Of a stretch of 64,000 nt of DNA, positions 37,899-50,948 are shown one piece after another (position 1 is the stretch's first letter; every line of letters begins with the position of its first letter). This DNA is from Octopus sinensis. Lineage: Eukaryota. The translations under genes and the position numbers were made by a program. The notes below the pieces were generated by a model. It was not told the DNA's origin. It worked only from the letters and a program-made list of their open reading frames with translations, and did no database searches. The stretch is from contig NC_043012.1 in NCBI RefSeq assembly GCF_006345805.1, forward strand, positions 12,710,001-12,774,000. Reading direction: 5' to 3'.

Positions 37899-39180
37899 CG
37901 AGGGACGTTCAATAAGTAATACCTCTGACCCACTTGCAGTTGTTTGATCTAGCTGAAATTTTGCATGTGCAATCATTTATATCTCTATAGAGTAAGTGGC
38001 AAATTACAGCTCTGAATTAATTGTGGTTTCTGATTTACAGGTGTTTGAACCGAGTCAAGTGTGAAATGGAGCCTGTTGAGTGTCGAGCAGTGATCCACTT
38101 TTTGTATTTGAAAGGATGCACACCACGGGAGACTTTTGATGAAATGAAAGTAACTTATGGTGATGATGCCCCATCATATGACCTTGTAAAACGCTGGCAT
38201 CGTGAATTCAAACATGGTCGGAACTCTGTGGAAACAGCTCCCAGATCTGGTCGCCCCCTTCTGCCATTGATGAGGCATCTGTCCGTCAAGTTGAGGCTGT
38301 CATTTTTGAAGATCGACGCATAATTATTCGCCAAATAGACCATGAGGTCAAGATTAGTACCGGGTCTGTGGAAACTATCATTCATGACCATTTGCATATG
38401 CAAAAGGTGTCTGCCAGATGGATTCCCAGGTTGCTCACGCTTTTCCAGAAGCAAGAACGCGTCGAGTGCTCGAGGGTGAATTTGGAGATGTGCCAAGAAG
38501 ATGAGTCAAAATTTTTCAAAAGACTGATTACACAGGATGAAACCTGGGTCCATCACGATGATCCAGAGACCAAAGCCAGTCAATGCAGTGGAAGCACCGT
38601 GACTCACCCCCTCCAAAGAAGGCAAGGGTGCAGCCCTCCGCTGGCAAGGTCATGCTCACAGTCTTCTGGGACCAGGACGGAGTAGTGATGACAGATTTCC
38701 TGGCAAAGGGTACCACAATTGCAGGAGCCTATTATGCTTCACTTTTGAGGAAATTAAGAGAAGTTATCAAAATCAAGAGGCAGGGCAAGATCAGCAAAGG
38801 CATCCTCCTCCTGCAGGACAACGCTCCGGTCCACAACTCGCTTGTCGCCAGATCAGAAGCACAGGCATATGGCTTTGAACTCCTCCCCATCTTTCCTGAT
38901 CTTGCACCCTCTGATTTTCACCTCTTCCCAATCATGAAGTTGTTTTTGAAAGGAAAGTGTTTCCCAGATGATGCAGCGTTGATTTCTGAAGTCACGTTGA
39001 GGTTGGAGGACCAAGCTGGGTTCTTCTACATAAACGGTCTCCAGAGCCGCATCAAACGATGGGAGAAATGCGTAACTCTGGGTGGTTCCTATGTAGAAAA
39101 AGACTAATAACTGTGCCAAGTTTCGTTGCTCTACTGCTATGGGAAGTGGGTCAGGGGCATTACTTATTGAACGCCCCTCG
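37899..39180 (+). mobile_element. Full-length mariner transposon, 1282 bp, 37-bp TIRs, TA target site duplication
   Basis: TA|cgagggacgttcaataagtaatacctctgacccactt ... aagtgggtcaggggcattacttattgaacgcccctcg|TA, 34 of 37 positions match. Confidence 0.97.
38066..39107 (+). pseudogene. Mariner DDD transposase, disrupted
   Basis: MEPVECRAVIHFLYLKG HTH start, WIPRLLT, ITQDETW, LLQDNAP, PDLAPSDF; split across three frames (frameshifts near 38260 and 38580) with a small deletion in the HPPYSPDL motif. Confidence 0.93.
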
Positions 39181-40539
39181 TATCTTATCTCTGCGTCATT
39201 CATCTTAAGAAAAACACATTTATAGACAATTATTGATCAATCAAACTCAGAACAAAAAAGAAAATGAGAAAGGAAAGAAAAGCAATTCTATTCAAATCTT
39301 TCGTATAAGACATGCGAAAACTGTAGTATAATATCTACAGAATGAAAATGTCTTCTGTTAAGGAGACTCAATGATGACAATTGCTACTGGCTGTCTACAG
39401 TCTTGAGTACTAAAATTTTTACCTACTTTTACCCCCTTTTTCTTTTTTTTAATATTTTTCATTGTATTTTATCTTAGAAGCAATTCTTGAAAGGAAACAC
39501 AGTAATTTTTACATTATCGTCTGACTTTTTTCTACAACTCTATCGATCTTCAATGAATGTTAGAAAATGTTAATGCTAGAAACGAACGATGCTAAAAATC
39601 TGTATTTACCTTCGACATATTGTTAATGCTGTTGTTTAACCCAATGTCACCTCCCGTTGCAAGCACATCTATAATGTAGAACCGCTGATCCAGTGCTCAC
39701 TTATGGATTGATTCGGTTACCTTGTTTTTTTTTCTTTTTCTAATCTGATATTTTATGTTCTGTGGGAGATTTCGGTGTCAGACGCAACCATCCAAATACC
39801 TTCGTGACTGAGTATTTTATATACTTTATACTGACACTTCAATTTCTAGTGTCATATTTCGCATAAATATATACAATACCATTATTCATAAAAGGTTCAA
39901 TTGGCATTAGAAAGTTTCTGCGAGACTTGATAATCAATTATCTGCAATCTGAAAGTTTTTCGACCTTCGATGTCGCCTCAAAAGAGGCGAAAGCAAAACG
40001 CCAGAAAACACACAATCCGGTTTCTTTTTAACCCATTTAATCCCAGCGGTGCCATGCGGTACCGCAAAAATTGGGTACAAAACAAAAATTATAACAATTA
40101 GAGGAACAGTAATTTCCGTGGAACATATATCGAATATGTTAGGAATGGTCCTTGCCTCAATATGTGCTGCAACAGTTTAGAACCTATGCGACAATGGGAG
40201 AGTGAGCATGTTTGCTTGTCAGTTAATGAATTCGAAGTCGATAAAATACGAACCAGCTAACGAGCTAAACACTTGAGTTAAATTAAGCGACTCAATGCAT
40301 CTCACGAATATGTTGGCTTTTTCCAAAAATTTCATACATGCTGGGCTAAATTCTAAGCGACATTTTGTTCGTCTTTGCGTTCTGAGATCCTTTCAGCAAG
40401 AATATACTATGTACCAATTATATATTAGGCCCAATGTAATCACAATTTTAGGTCAGGGGCCTTTGCTAGGAAAGATGCAGTCTTGTTAGTGCGTCGGATA
40501 ACATGTTTAAAGGCATTTCTTCGGACGACTTACGTACTT

Positions 40540-41065
40540 ATCTTACATCTTGCAGAGGTGAACTTTGTCTTTCAATTCTCAATTGATAAAATAAGTATCT
40601 ATTCTGGTCTGGTGTCCATGTAATCATCTTCTCCTTCCCTTGACAATTGTTGATCTTGTACCAAACAACTAGAGAAAATTAATTCTCACATTAGCAGATC
40701 GGTGAGGTGGCTGTATCGGTAGCGCATAGGAAAATGCATGATGGTATTTGTGTTTAGCTCTTAACAGTCTGAGATCAAATATGTGGAGCTCAACTTTGAA
40801 GTTGGTAGAATTAGGGAATGGGCTATTTACCAAAAATTATTGCCCTTGCGAAACAATCAGGAGCGCGGTACTAATAACAAAAAGTCAGCGGATGAATAGA
40901 ACCACGAGAGCGTCATCCAAAAATGCCTAGCCATATTCTTTCCGATTCATTACGTTGTGAGTTCAAATTCTGTTGGGGTCGAATTTGACTGTCATCATTT
41001 TGAGGTCGATAAAATAAATTATTATCTACTACTTGGGATGTATGTAATAAATCCATACCCATCCA
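40540..41065 (+). mobile_element. Cluster of old SINE family B fragments
   Basis: Diverged gaggtgaactttgtctttc..gataaaataagta (40555), cggtgaggtggctgtatcggtagc (40700) and gagttcaaattctgttggggtcgaatttgactgtcatc (40960). Confidence 0.65.
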
Positions 41066-41734
41066 TTTAAAATCGCAATGTTTGTAAAATATGTGGAATT
41101 ATTATTAATATCAACGAATTCGCTTTTGCGGTGCGAAATAGCTAATGTAGATGTCGATACAACGTAAAAGATTTATGATAAACAATGCATCTCCTGTAGA
41201 CTCGATTCCAGACAGACTCATCCATTAAATAGAATGGTTTATAAATCTCAGTAACAAAATACATAGTGTTTACTAAGAATTTAGTTACACAGAAATTCAT
41301 GGTTAAGAAAAATAAGAACATATATAATTATTCGGTTAGGAGAAGTCAAGTCGGGTTAAATAAGCTATTCAGAAGACACAATGTTATTTACTTCAAATTC
41401 AGATTTATCTATCCTGTGGGGATAAAAATATTTGTAAAGTTCAGTGATAGTATATTCTAGTGAATATTGTTGTAGTTCATTCATTTTTGTTTAGATTGTA
41501 ATAAATTTGATGTGTAAAATAAAGATGGCCGCTTAGAGATCCAAAGACAGAAGAAATAAAGAATAAAAACAAATAATATTACCTGTGAGTGAGTTCTATC
41601 TCATGAGTATCCTTAAATAACGTTTTATTCCAAACCGAATATCTAAGTTTAAAATAACCAAAACATTTGTTTTCTTCTCTAATGGTATGATACAAATATT
41701 GTTACCCCAAATTCACACATAAATCTTTCTACAT

Positions 41735-41890
41735 ATCGCTGCATGTATGCCTCGCAAACACGTGGTTTCAGGTTCCGTCCTACTGGCAGTAACTTGAGCA
41801 ATTGTCCTGTATCATAAGCCTCACTCAGCCACTGACACTTGATCGAATTTGGTTGCCGAAACCTGTGTGGAATCCGACCGTAAATACATA
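41735..41890 (+). mobile_element. Old SINE family A head half
   Basis: cacgtggtttcaggttccgtcctactggcagtaacttgagcaattgtc aligns with the family A head and CORE-like segment. Confidence 0.65.
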
Positions 41891-42324
41891 CAGGTTGCGA
41901 TGGGCACATTGTCGCCATTTTACGTTTTTAATTACGAGCAGGTGCGTTGTTTGTCTTTGATTTTGTCGACTACGCATTGCAGTAGCGTCAGATGGGCACC
42001 GTCTCCGAGAAAAACAGCGCAATGACGCAATTCCCTGTACTAGGAATTTGGAAACGATATGCGTGCGTATGTACGATTCTACATTTGACCGCAGTGTTAT
42101 ATTTATAATGCTTTATTAAGGCTAATGACTCTACACTTGACTGCTGCATCTATATTGTTTTATTAAGTGACCGGTACAACATTTCATAAGTCTTATTTTG
42201 GCATAGCATTTTTGGGTTTTGAGCAAACTTCCTGGACCCTGCTAGACTAGGATAAACATTTCCGCTCGCCATTTACGTTGGCGGCATTTATGATTTTGTA
42301 TCCGTCGAATACATAACTTTCTTA

Positions 42325-42349
42325 GTAGTATTATTATTTGTTATTATTA

Positions 42350-42395
<46 letters not shown>

Positions 42396-42528
42396 CATCA
42401 TTAGTAGTAGTAGTAGTAGTAGTAGTCGTAGTAGTAGGTGTTGTAGTTGTAGTAGTACCACAACAGCCCCGCCGTCACTACTACTGCTACTGCTGCTGCT
42501 GCTACTACTACTACTACTACTACTACTA
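42325..42528. repeat. Compound trinucleotide repeat (ATT)n-(TAG)n-(CTA)n
   Basis: Directly visible. Confidence 0.95.
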
Positions 42529-43041
42529 TCGATAATAGTTTAATGTTTTCTATTGGAACTATTATAAAAATCATATGAATTAGCTATTTTGAGGGTAATT
42601 GATCTCCATCAAAATGGATTGAGTTATAACGTGCACCAATTTGCCATATCCAATTAGTCATTATTAATTATTAGTTGTTTAATAATGACTATCGCTAGAA
42701 AACGTATGAATGCAATATTTCATGCACTAACAAACATTTTGCTCTAAAACCTACTACTTATCGCCATAAATTATCCTCTACTCACGGAGTCAGATATCAA
42801 AATAACCATGCATATCATAAAAATTATTAATGATGCTAATTACCATATAGTGATATATAGACTATACATTGCTCACAAAATGTTTGAAACTGTTTGTATT
42901 TTCGTAAATTAATTACTGAATATTGTTCGGAATTTACTACATGTTCTATGTAGAGATGTTGAGTTTATTATTCCTTACAAATTATTTCCCAACTGTAGGA
43001 AATTTCCGAAATAGTATTTATTTGGATTAGATCCAGATACC

Positions 43042-44235
43042 TATTTGGTTAGCAACTAAATTCCCACCGTTGTTTTTTAATTTTGGAATTTATTGCGTTT
43101 TTAAAGTTTGGAATCTAATTTTTTTTTCCAGAATTCTATTTTGAAATCTTTTTGTTTTCTTTTTCTAGTTAATTTTAGTTGATCATTGTTTATTTTCAGA
43201 GGATTAAGATGGGAATGTCAAGTTAAGAAAAAACGAGCATTTTCGACACCGCCTACTTTTTGATTTTAATCAAGGCTCTAAGGCCACAAAAGCTGCCCGC
43301 CACATTTGTGCTGTGTATGGAGAAGGTGAAATAGCTGAAAAACCCGCACGTGATTGGTAAGCCAAGTGAAAAAAATGACCCACCAACCACCCTCGTTTTG
43401 GCCGTGCACTTGAGTTCGATGAAGACTGATTAAACAAGAATTCTCGTCAAACGACAAAAGAACTAGCAGACAAAAATGGAATGCTCCCACACTCCTACAG
43501 AGAAGCATCTTAACTCGATGGGAAATGTTCAGTAATATGAAGAGCGGATTCCGCATGGTTTAAGTAACAACAACAAAAATCAACGGCCCACAATCTCCGC
43601 TTGCTGTTTGCTCGTCACCGCTCAACTCATGGACATAAGCAACGAATCGTTACTGTCGACGAGGAAAATGGTGCTGCCTGTACATCAATATGAAGCATCC
43701 GCGTAAAACGATGTTGTGCGTATGGTGGGACTGGGAAGGGATTATCCATTACGAATTGCTTGTACGGAACCAAATAGTCAACGAAGAATTCTATGTTCAA
43801 GAGATGGAACGACTCAATACGGCTATTCAAGAGAAAAGACCTAATCGTTCTTCTGCTGCATGACAACGCCCGCCATCATATCATCAATATGACCAAGGAA
43901 GCCATTCAAACGCATGGCTGGGAAGCACTTCCACACACGCCGTACTCTCTTGATTTGGCACCAACGGATTTCCACCTCTTTCAATCTCCCTCAAATGCTA
44001 TGAGCAGAGTTTCGTTCAATACCAATGCAGAATTGAGACCTTGGTTGGATAATTTTTTCGAGTCGGAAACGGATGATTTCTACCAACGTGCTATTGAAAA
44101 TCTTCTTGAACGTTGAGAAGAAGTTGTAAGCAAGAAGGGTGAATACATTATTGATTAATTAGTTGTTTTTTTATTAAACCTTTGAAAATAATTAAATTTT
44201 AAAAAAACCGCGGGGACTTAGTTGCCAACCCAATA
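43042..44235 (+). mobile_element. Degenerate full-length mariner with both TIRs
   Basis: tatttggttagcaactaaattccc at 43042 and gggacttagttgccaacccaata ending 44235; LLHDNARHH...GWEALPHTPYSLDLAPTDFHLF. Confidence 0.92.
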
Positions 44236-45281
44236 TTTAATTAACGTATTTAATTCTTTAGATTTTACCTTAAATTTAGAAGTCTATCCAAAAATCACAT
44301 TATATATATAAACACCTGTTGTGGTTCTGATTTTGCTAACAAAATATGTAAATATTTGCTTAGTATTTCCCTCCGAATATATTTTTATAAATATAATTCT
44401 GAATTAAGCTTTCTTTAATAGTTTTCCTTCAGAAAAAGTTCAAGATAAAATCAAATACCCAAAAAAAGAAATTCTAAAAAGGTATCCTATACTCCAGCTA
44501 CTCGTCATTGAAATAATGCTTAACCAGTAAACTTTAAATTAAATTAATTTACGCATTTTGAAGTCAGTAGATTGTCATATTTACAGAACATGTTTCACTT
44601 TCAAGGGTGTATTTAGGATGTCTGGAAATATGATTTTACTTACGATACGATCAAGATCAATATGCATCAGTTCCCTGATGCAATATTGAGCAGAAAATAT
44701 ATGTCACATTGTCATATATTCTTTAGAATATATGACAATGTGACGTGCTTTTTTATTAAGGGAAAAGATCTTATGATCCTTGTATTCTAGAATTAGAAAA
44801 ATGTATTAATATATTCTTCTTACCTAGCATCTAAATACTCGCTTAGAAACAAGTTCGAAACAAGTATACTTTCAATTTTTAGCAAGCATATTTTTTTTTC
44901 ATTTTTTGAATATTTGCTTTCGTAATAAATTGAAAGTTTTTTCAGATATCATTATTTCTTAGGATAAAATGATGTATTTTCTAGGTACTACCATATTTTG
45001 CGCTTTACCAATAATCTCTTGCAAGAAGTACTAATATTTTAATGACACCCAGTAATTGTTACATGCATAACCGAAATACCACTTTCGAACGCCGATTAGA
45101 TTTAAGAAGCACACTTAATCGGTAATTACTGCCAATTGCATGATTTTGTTAAATTTGTCTCGTTTTTCACATATTTTACATGACTTTTTGTTTCCAACTG
45201 TTGGCCTTTGTAAAAACAGCTATGTAGAAGGCAACATATTTTAGGCTTCCTAAATATCCTACAACCAGAAATATATATGAA

Positions 45282-48250
45282 CTAGATATAGAGTCTTAGC
45301 TGTTTCAGCATTTCATAGTAGCTGAGCTGTTGCAAAGAGATGAACTTCTTTCTAAAGCTCCGCTGGATTGTTTCAAGTTCCGCTGTTAATTTTCCACTGT
45401 TGGGTGACAATAGCTGGGAGCAGTAATCCAGGCGGCTGAGGACAAATGTCCTCCAGAGGACCATCATAGTTTCCTTACCTCTGGTTCTGAATGTTCTCAG
45501 AATACATCCACCTAATCATCTGCACTTTATCACAATCCTGGTGATGTGCACTTGGAAAGAGGTATCATCACTCATGTCGATACCCAGGCCCCTCTCTGAT
45601 TTAGGCTCCGAGATTGTAATTCTCTGTGGACCAGTGTACCCTGTAAGTTTCATATTCAGTTTTGGACGCTGGTAGCGCTGGGTTTGGAATGTTTCAGCAT
45701 TAAACTGCGTATAATTATCCTCAGCCCATCTGTAATTTGATTCCAACTCCTGCTGGAGCTGGGGTTCTGTATTTTCTGAGAGACTTTTGTATCATTGTGG
45801 GCATATCTGAGAGGGATACTATGAAAAGCGGTGGTCCCAAAACAGTGCCCTGTGGAACACCTCTCACTATTTGTGTCTTCATTGAGGTGGCTCCATTGGC
45901 CATTACTGCTTGCCTACTAACTTTTAGAAAGTCATGTAACCACTGTCCAAGGTTTCCAACAATGCCGAGATCACACAGTTTGTGGCATATTATACCATGA
46001 ACGACTTTCACAAAGACATTTGCAAAATCAAGGTCTATTACGTCCACATTTGAGTTATTGAGTAACTGCCTCAACATCCAGACATAATGTTGTAATAGCT
46101 GGATCAGGCAGCTCCTACCTGGTAGAAAAGCCATGCTGGGTATCACTCAGCAAATTAAAAAGAAATTCTTCAAGGAATACGATTAGTTTCCATGACTTTG
46201 CTGGTGAGTGAAGTCAGAGAGATAGGCCTATAGTTTTTGGCATCTGCCCTGCTTCCCCTTTATGGATTGGGTATATTATTCGCTCCTTCAGCTTTCTTGA
46301 CAGTCTGTCCTTTGCAAGAAACCTCTGGAAGAGAATCTGGAGGGGTTTTGGAAGGGCATGCTTACACGATTTGAGAAGGATTGCTGGGAAACAATCAGGA
46401 CCAGCAGTTGAGTTTGCGTTCACCTCATCTATGCCTAGTAGTATATCTTCTTCGATAACGTTGATGTATTCCACCGTCACTGCCTCGCTGATTATAGGTG
46501 AGGCGGCAAAGAAGTCCATAGTTCATTCACTTATCTGTGTTCCAATGGGGTGGTAAAGACACATTTGGATTGGTCATTTAGTACCTTGCTGATACTCGTT
46601 GGACTGTGAGGGGGCCATCTTTTTGGAAAAGGGTTCCTATCTTGCAGTGTACTGAGGCTGTTTCTTTTGCGTAAAGAAAGAAGGCCGTTGGGTTTGACTT
46701 AATGTTTTTTTATAACGCAGGCTTCTTTATCTAGTCTTTCCCTCACCTAGCATTGTTGCAGGCTTTTTTCAGTCTCCATCAGTGTTGTTTTCAGACGGCA
46801 CCTTTCGCTACTTTTGGGGTGTTTCTTGAGGCGATTTGCAAACTTCCTCCGTCGTCTCATGAGGATCTTCCTCTCCCTTGGAATCTTGTTCCTATGTGCT
46901 GTGGCTTTGTGCTCTAGGACTTATTTCTGGCATATGGCTTGCGCAGCAGACATGAAGTATTCTAGTTTCATGCCAATGTCTATTTTGGAGAGACATTTCG
47001 GCTAGTCGTTTCTGAAGATCTCTTTTTGGATCGATTTCCAGTCTGCTTTGTGGAAGTTCAGATTGGAGAGATTTCGGGTGCTTCCTTTAGGCTGTATGTC
47101 TCTGGTTACTTTTGATCCAAACATAGACAGCTCTATTATGTTGTGATCCGAGACTAATGCCTGCGTTAGTTTCACATCATAAACGATGTCCATATTGTTT
47201 TCGAAGCAGAGATCCAAAATGGTATCCGTCCTAGTTGGTCTGAGTACGACTTGCTCCATGCATACGGCATTGGTAAGGTTGATCAGGGACTCCACTTGTG
47301 CTTGTATGCCATGAGTTATTCCTCAGAGCATGAGTCTTTCGGGCTATTTGACGTTGGGGAAGTTGAAATGACCCATAGGAAATATGCTCATGTGGTGTTC
47401 CAGTTTTATAAATACTTCTTTAATTCTTGTGAGGCAATCTTCAAGCCTGCCTGTGTGGTTTGGAGCATGCAGTTTGTAATATGCATTGGGGAAGTTGAGA
47501 AGGGGGTCCACCTGTGCTTGTTTGTAATGAGTCATTCTTGAGCACATGAGGACTTCGGATCATTTAACATTGGGGAAGTTGAAATGACTCATAAGAAATA
47601 CACTCACACAGTCTTCCAGTTTCATAAGGACTTCTTTAATTCTTGTGAGGCAATCTTCAAACTTGCCTATATGGTTTGGAGCATCTGGTGAGCGATATGT
47701 ATTTCATATGACTATAGTGTGCTGTCTTATGTATAACAGTTATGTGCTACATACTAAATTTGAGTACGACAGTTAGACCTGGGGTTTGAGGTCATCACGG
47801 TTGCATACAGCAACTCCCCCATGGCTCCTTCCCCTTCTGTCTGTTCGCAATATGGCATAATTTGGTACGTGTACTTCTTCATCCTTTATATCAGGGCTGA
47901 GGTGAGTTTCCGCGAGTGGTATGTATAGTGCTTGATTGCATGTAGCAAGGTCTCTCAGGAAAAAAAAAATTGCTTTTGTTATAATGCAACAGGCCCCCAG
48001 TGTTTAGTAAAAACATTGGGGTGACGACTGTGCAGGCGTTAGGGGAGGATATCCCGTGACTGTTGACTATAGCCGGCAAGGTTCCTTGTTTGCGTTCGGT
48101 GTAGCCAGTTCGGCTGCTGTAAAATCTTTTCTGTCATGCAGAAAAAAGTTCGTTGCTCAGCTGCTGCCTTACTCATAACCTCTGAAGAGCGCAATTCTTT
48201 TGTATTTTTTTCCTTGGGGACATTGGTTGTCTTTTCTCAGGGAAGATTTT
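45282..48250 (-). mobile_element. Degenerate CR1-clade LINE (AP endonuclease plus reverse transcriptase), 3' end truncated
   Basis: Minus frames: GHFNFPNV, PTRTDTILDLCF (endonuclease); STAGPDCFP, GRSCLIQLL, DVIDLDFA, GVPQGTVLGPPLF, LDYCSQLLSP (RT and thumb); many stops and frameshifts. Confidence 0.93.
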
Positions 48251-48617
48251 CTCCTAGACGTATCTAAAAATCCTGTTTGGGAATGAGATAGGTTCGAATC
48301 GCAAGGTCACCTTTCTAATGCAATTAGTGCAGACTATACTTATAGCTTCATCTACTTCGAGATATTCCCTGAAAAAGCAACGATATACCTCAAATCCAAC
48401 GAAGCCTATAAATTTTGATAACGTTAATATGCGCTTATGTGTGTGTGGTTTTGTATATATATACACACATATATATATACATACGCACACACACAAATAT
48501 ATATATATATATATATATATATTAATATATATATATATGTATGTATGGAAGAGAATTTTGTAAAATTCAGAGGTCATTTAATGATGTTTGTTGTCTTGAC
48601 CGCTTTCAATTTTTATG

Positions 48618-49058
48618 TAGCCTTTGTGGTGTTAAAAGATGGTTAACATAGATCTATTAAATTCTTTAACAATGATAGGAAAATATTAAGAGAGGCTTTG
48701 TGTTTAAACAGTTCACATAAAAGTGTTAAAATAGGCAGTAAAATACGTACATAATTGTTCATAATTTCATAGGGAATCGTAATCCTTTATAAACATATAT
48801 ACAGAACGAATTTATGGACAGTATTTGACAGCGGAAAGTGTGTATTGCTTTGTCAGTATCAAATACTTTCCACAAATTATGTCTGTATATATAGTTATAA
48901 ACAATCTTGATTGCTGATGGACTTATAAATAGTTATGTACACATTTTACCACTTATTTGAACACAAATCCTCTCTTACCAATTTTTATCAGTGTCAAAGA
49001 TTCTATCACTGTATATTAACGCGTCTATGTTCATTAATTTTTAACACCACAAAGGCAA
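48618..49058. mobile_element. Old fold-back element of about 440 bp
   Basis: cctttgtggtgttaaaa at 48621 and ttttaacaccacaaagg ending 49055; diverged complementarity continues inward to about 48850. Confidence 0.75.
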
Positions 49059-49236
49059 CGCAAAGTCTTAAACTGTATATCTGAAAATATTTTCTTTTTC
49101 AAGTGAAATCACTCAACTGGAAAAAATGAGTTGTACATTTAACTCAAAGTAATAGCCCTGTTACGCTAAATCTCAAGATACGGAAGTTTGTGGTGTGTTG
49201 CGGTTCCGATTCACAGAATACCTGGAACACGCCCTA

Positions 49237-49294
<58 letters not shown>

Positions 49295-49340
49295 TAGCCC
49301 CTACACGCAATTTTTTCTGTCCTTGCTTCTTTTCTGAGTA

Positions 49341-49378
49341 TCTTTCTGTCGAAGAGCGTAGGCTCGAAACGTAAAAGA
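49341..49378 (+). ncRNA. Minimal type I hammerhead-like motif with variant core, in a TA-flanked repeat of about 190 bp (49290-49475)
   Basis: tcttt CTGTCGA a GAGC gtag GCTC GAAA CG TA aaaga: stems I and II pair, palindromic ACGT stem III, core CUGUCGA instead of CUGANGA. Confidence 0.5.
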
Positions 49379-49473
49379 CTTGTTGTATTTCTATTCCTGA
49401 GCGCCATACTAATACATTATTTATTTGTACTCCACCTGCCTTCGTCTTTTGTTTATTTTCGTAAACCTTCCCG

Positions 49474-49552
<79 letters not shown>

Positions 49553-49669
49553 TATTATATACATATATATATATATATATGCATGTATGTATAAATATAC
49601 TAAATTCGCTTCGAAATCCGATCTCTGAGGTTTCTTTAATAAGATACGTATTTACATATTATTTTTTTA

Positions 49670-49866
49670 TTCTTTCACTTCTTTCAGTCATTTGATTGCG
49701 TCCAGGCTGGAGCACCGGTTTAAAGGATGTTAGTGGAAGAAATCGACCCCAAGACTTATTCTTTTTTAAGCTTGGTCATTATTCTATTCCTCCATTTTGC
49801 CGAAACGGCACTTACGGGGACATAGACGCACCAGCAGCAGTTGTCAAGGGGCGGCGGAAAACAAAG

Positions 49867-49951
<85 letters not shown>

Positions 49952-50135
49952 TTTATATATGTGCACATATGCACAATAGTCTTCTGCTAGTTTCCATCTA
50001 TGAACTCCACTCATAAGACAAATATAAGTTCGGCCCGAGGCTATAGTAGAAGCCACTTGCCCAAGGGAGCGTGCGTTGGACTGGACCCGGAACCATATAG
50101 TTGGGAGGCAAAATTCTTACAACGCGGTCACGTTT
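49670..50135 (-). mobile_element. SINE family A, full length, diverged
   Basis: ttcagtcatttgattgcgtccaggctggagcacc...ggcccgaggctatagtagaagccacttgcccaagg. Confidence 0.88.
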
Positions 50136-50460
50136 TTGCAATAAATAAATTTGTGGTTTTCACGTGTGTGGTTCTAAGTGGTTGCAGCTTTAAGCGTCTA
50201 CCATGTTTTATTGATATATATCTTAAATTTGTCATTTCCGCGTACATTTATTAATCAAATATTGTCATGAGCTGTGGCATTTTAAAAGTCAGATGGCACA
50301 GGGAATTAGATTCGTCGATAAAGAATAATAAATAAATCTTGAGTTTTGTCATCCTCTAGATAAAAGCAATAAATACAATGTTATCATTGTTATTGATTGA
50401 TATCGTTGTGTGTAAATCATATTTAGACATATCTCATTCATCATAATGCTAGCTTCTTAC

Positions 50461-50611
50461 AGAAAACAAATGTTCATTTTCACTTTTCTCCCGATAACTT
50501 TGATGGTTATTATCTTGTAACAAAATGGAAGAAGACATTTTGAACAAGGTGGATGACGGAGAATATTAGATTGAATTGGATACCGTATTTCAGATAATAT
50601 TATTCCATCAT
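50461..50611 (-). CDS. Candidate 151-nt exon of a hypothetical minus-strand gene (DGIILSEIRYPIQSNILRHPPCSKCLLPFCYKIITIKVIGRKVKMNICF)
   Basis: Acceptor cttttctctctcttgtccatcgtag, donor TCT|GTAAGA, open in phase 1 to 2. Confidence 0.38.
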
Positions 50612-50948
50612 CTACGATGGACAAGAGAGAGAAAAGAAAAGTGAAAGAGTAATTTTTTGTTACAATGTCTCTCGTCACTCGTGTAGTTCTTTTTTTCTGT
50701 CGCGTACTGTGTTCTTGTCCACATATTCTATAAAAAGTGAATATAGCAGAACTTTTAGTGTACGTACATTTCTTATATACTTCGCCGAATATTTGATATT
50801 GCCTATCACTGTGAAACTAATTAATTTTATGTGAACATTCGATCATTTCAGAATGTTTCTCGATTTCTACTTCGTAATTTTGAATTCTGTTAAAAATCTC
50901 CTTGTTTTATATATATGCGCACTATTCATAAACAAAATTTGTTGAAAC

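Noticed and set aside
40028-40075. TTAA-CCC start resembling a piggyBac terminus
   Set aside because: No matching opposite terminal repeat found in the window
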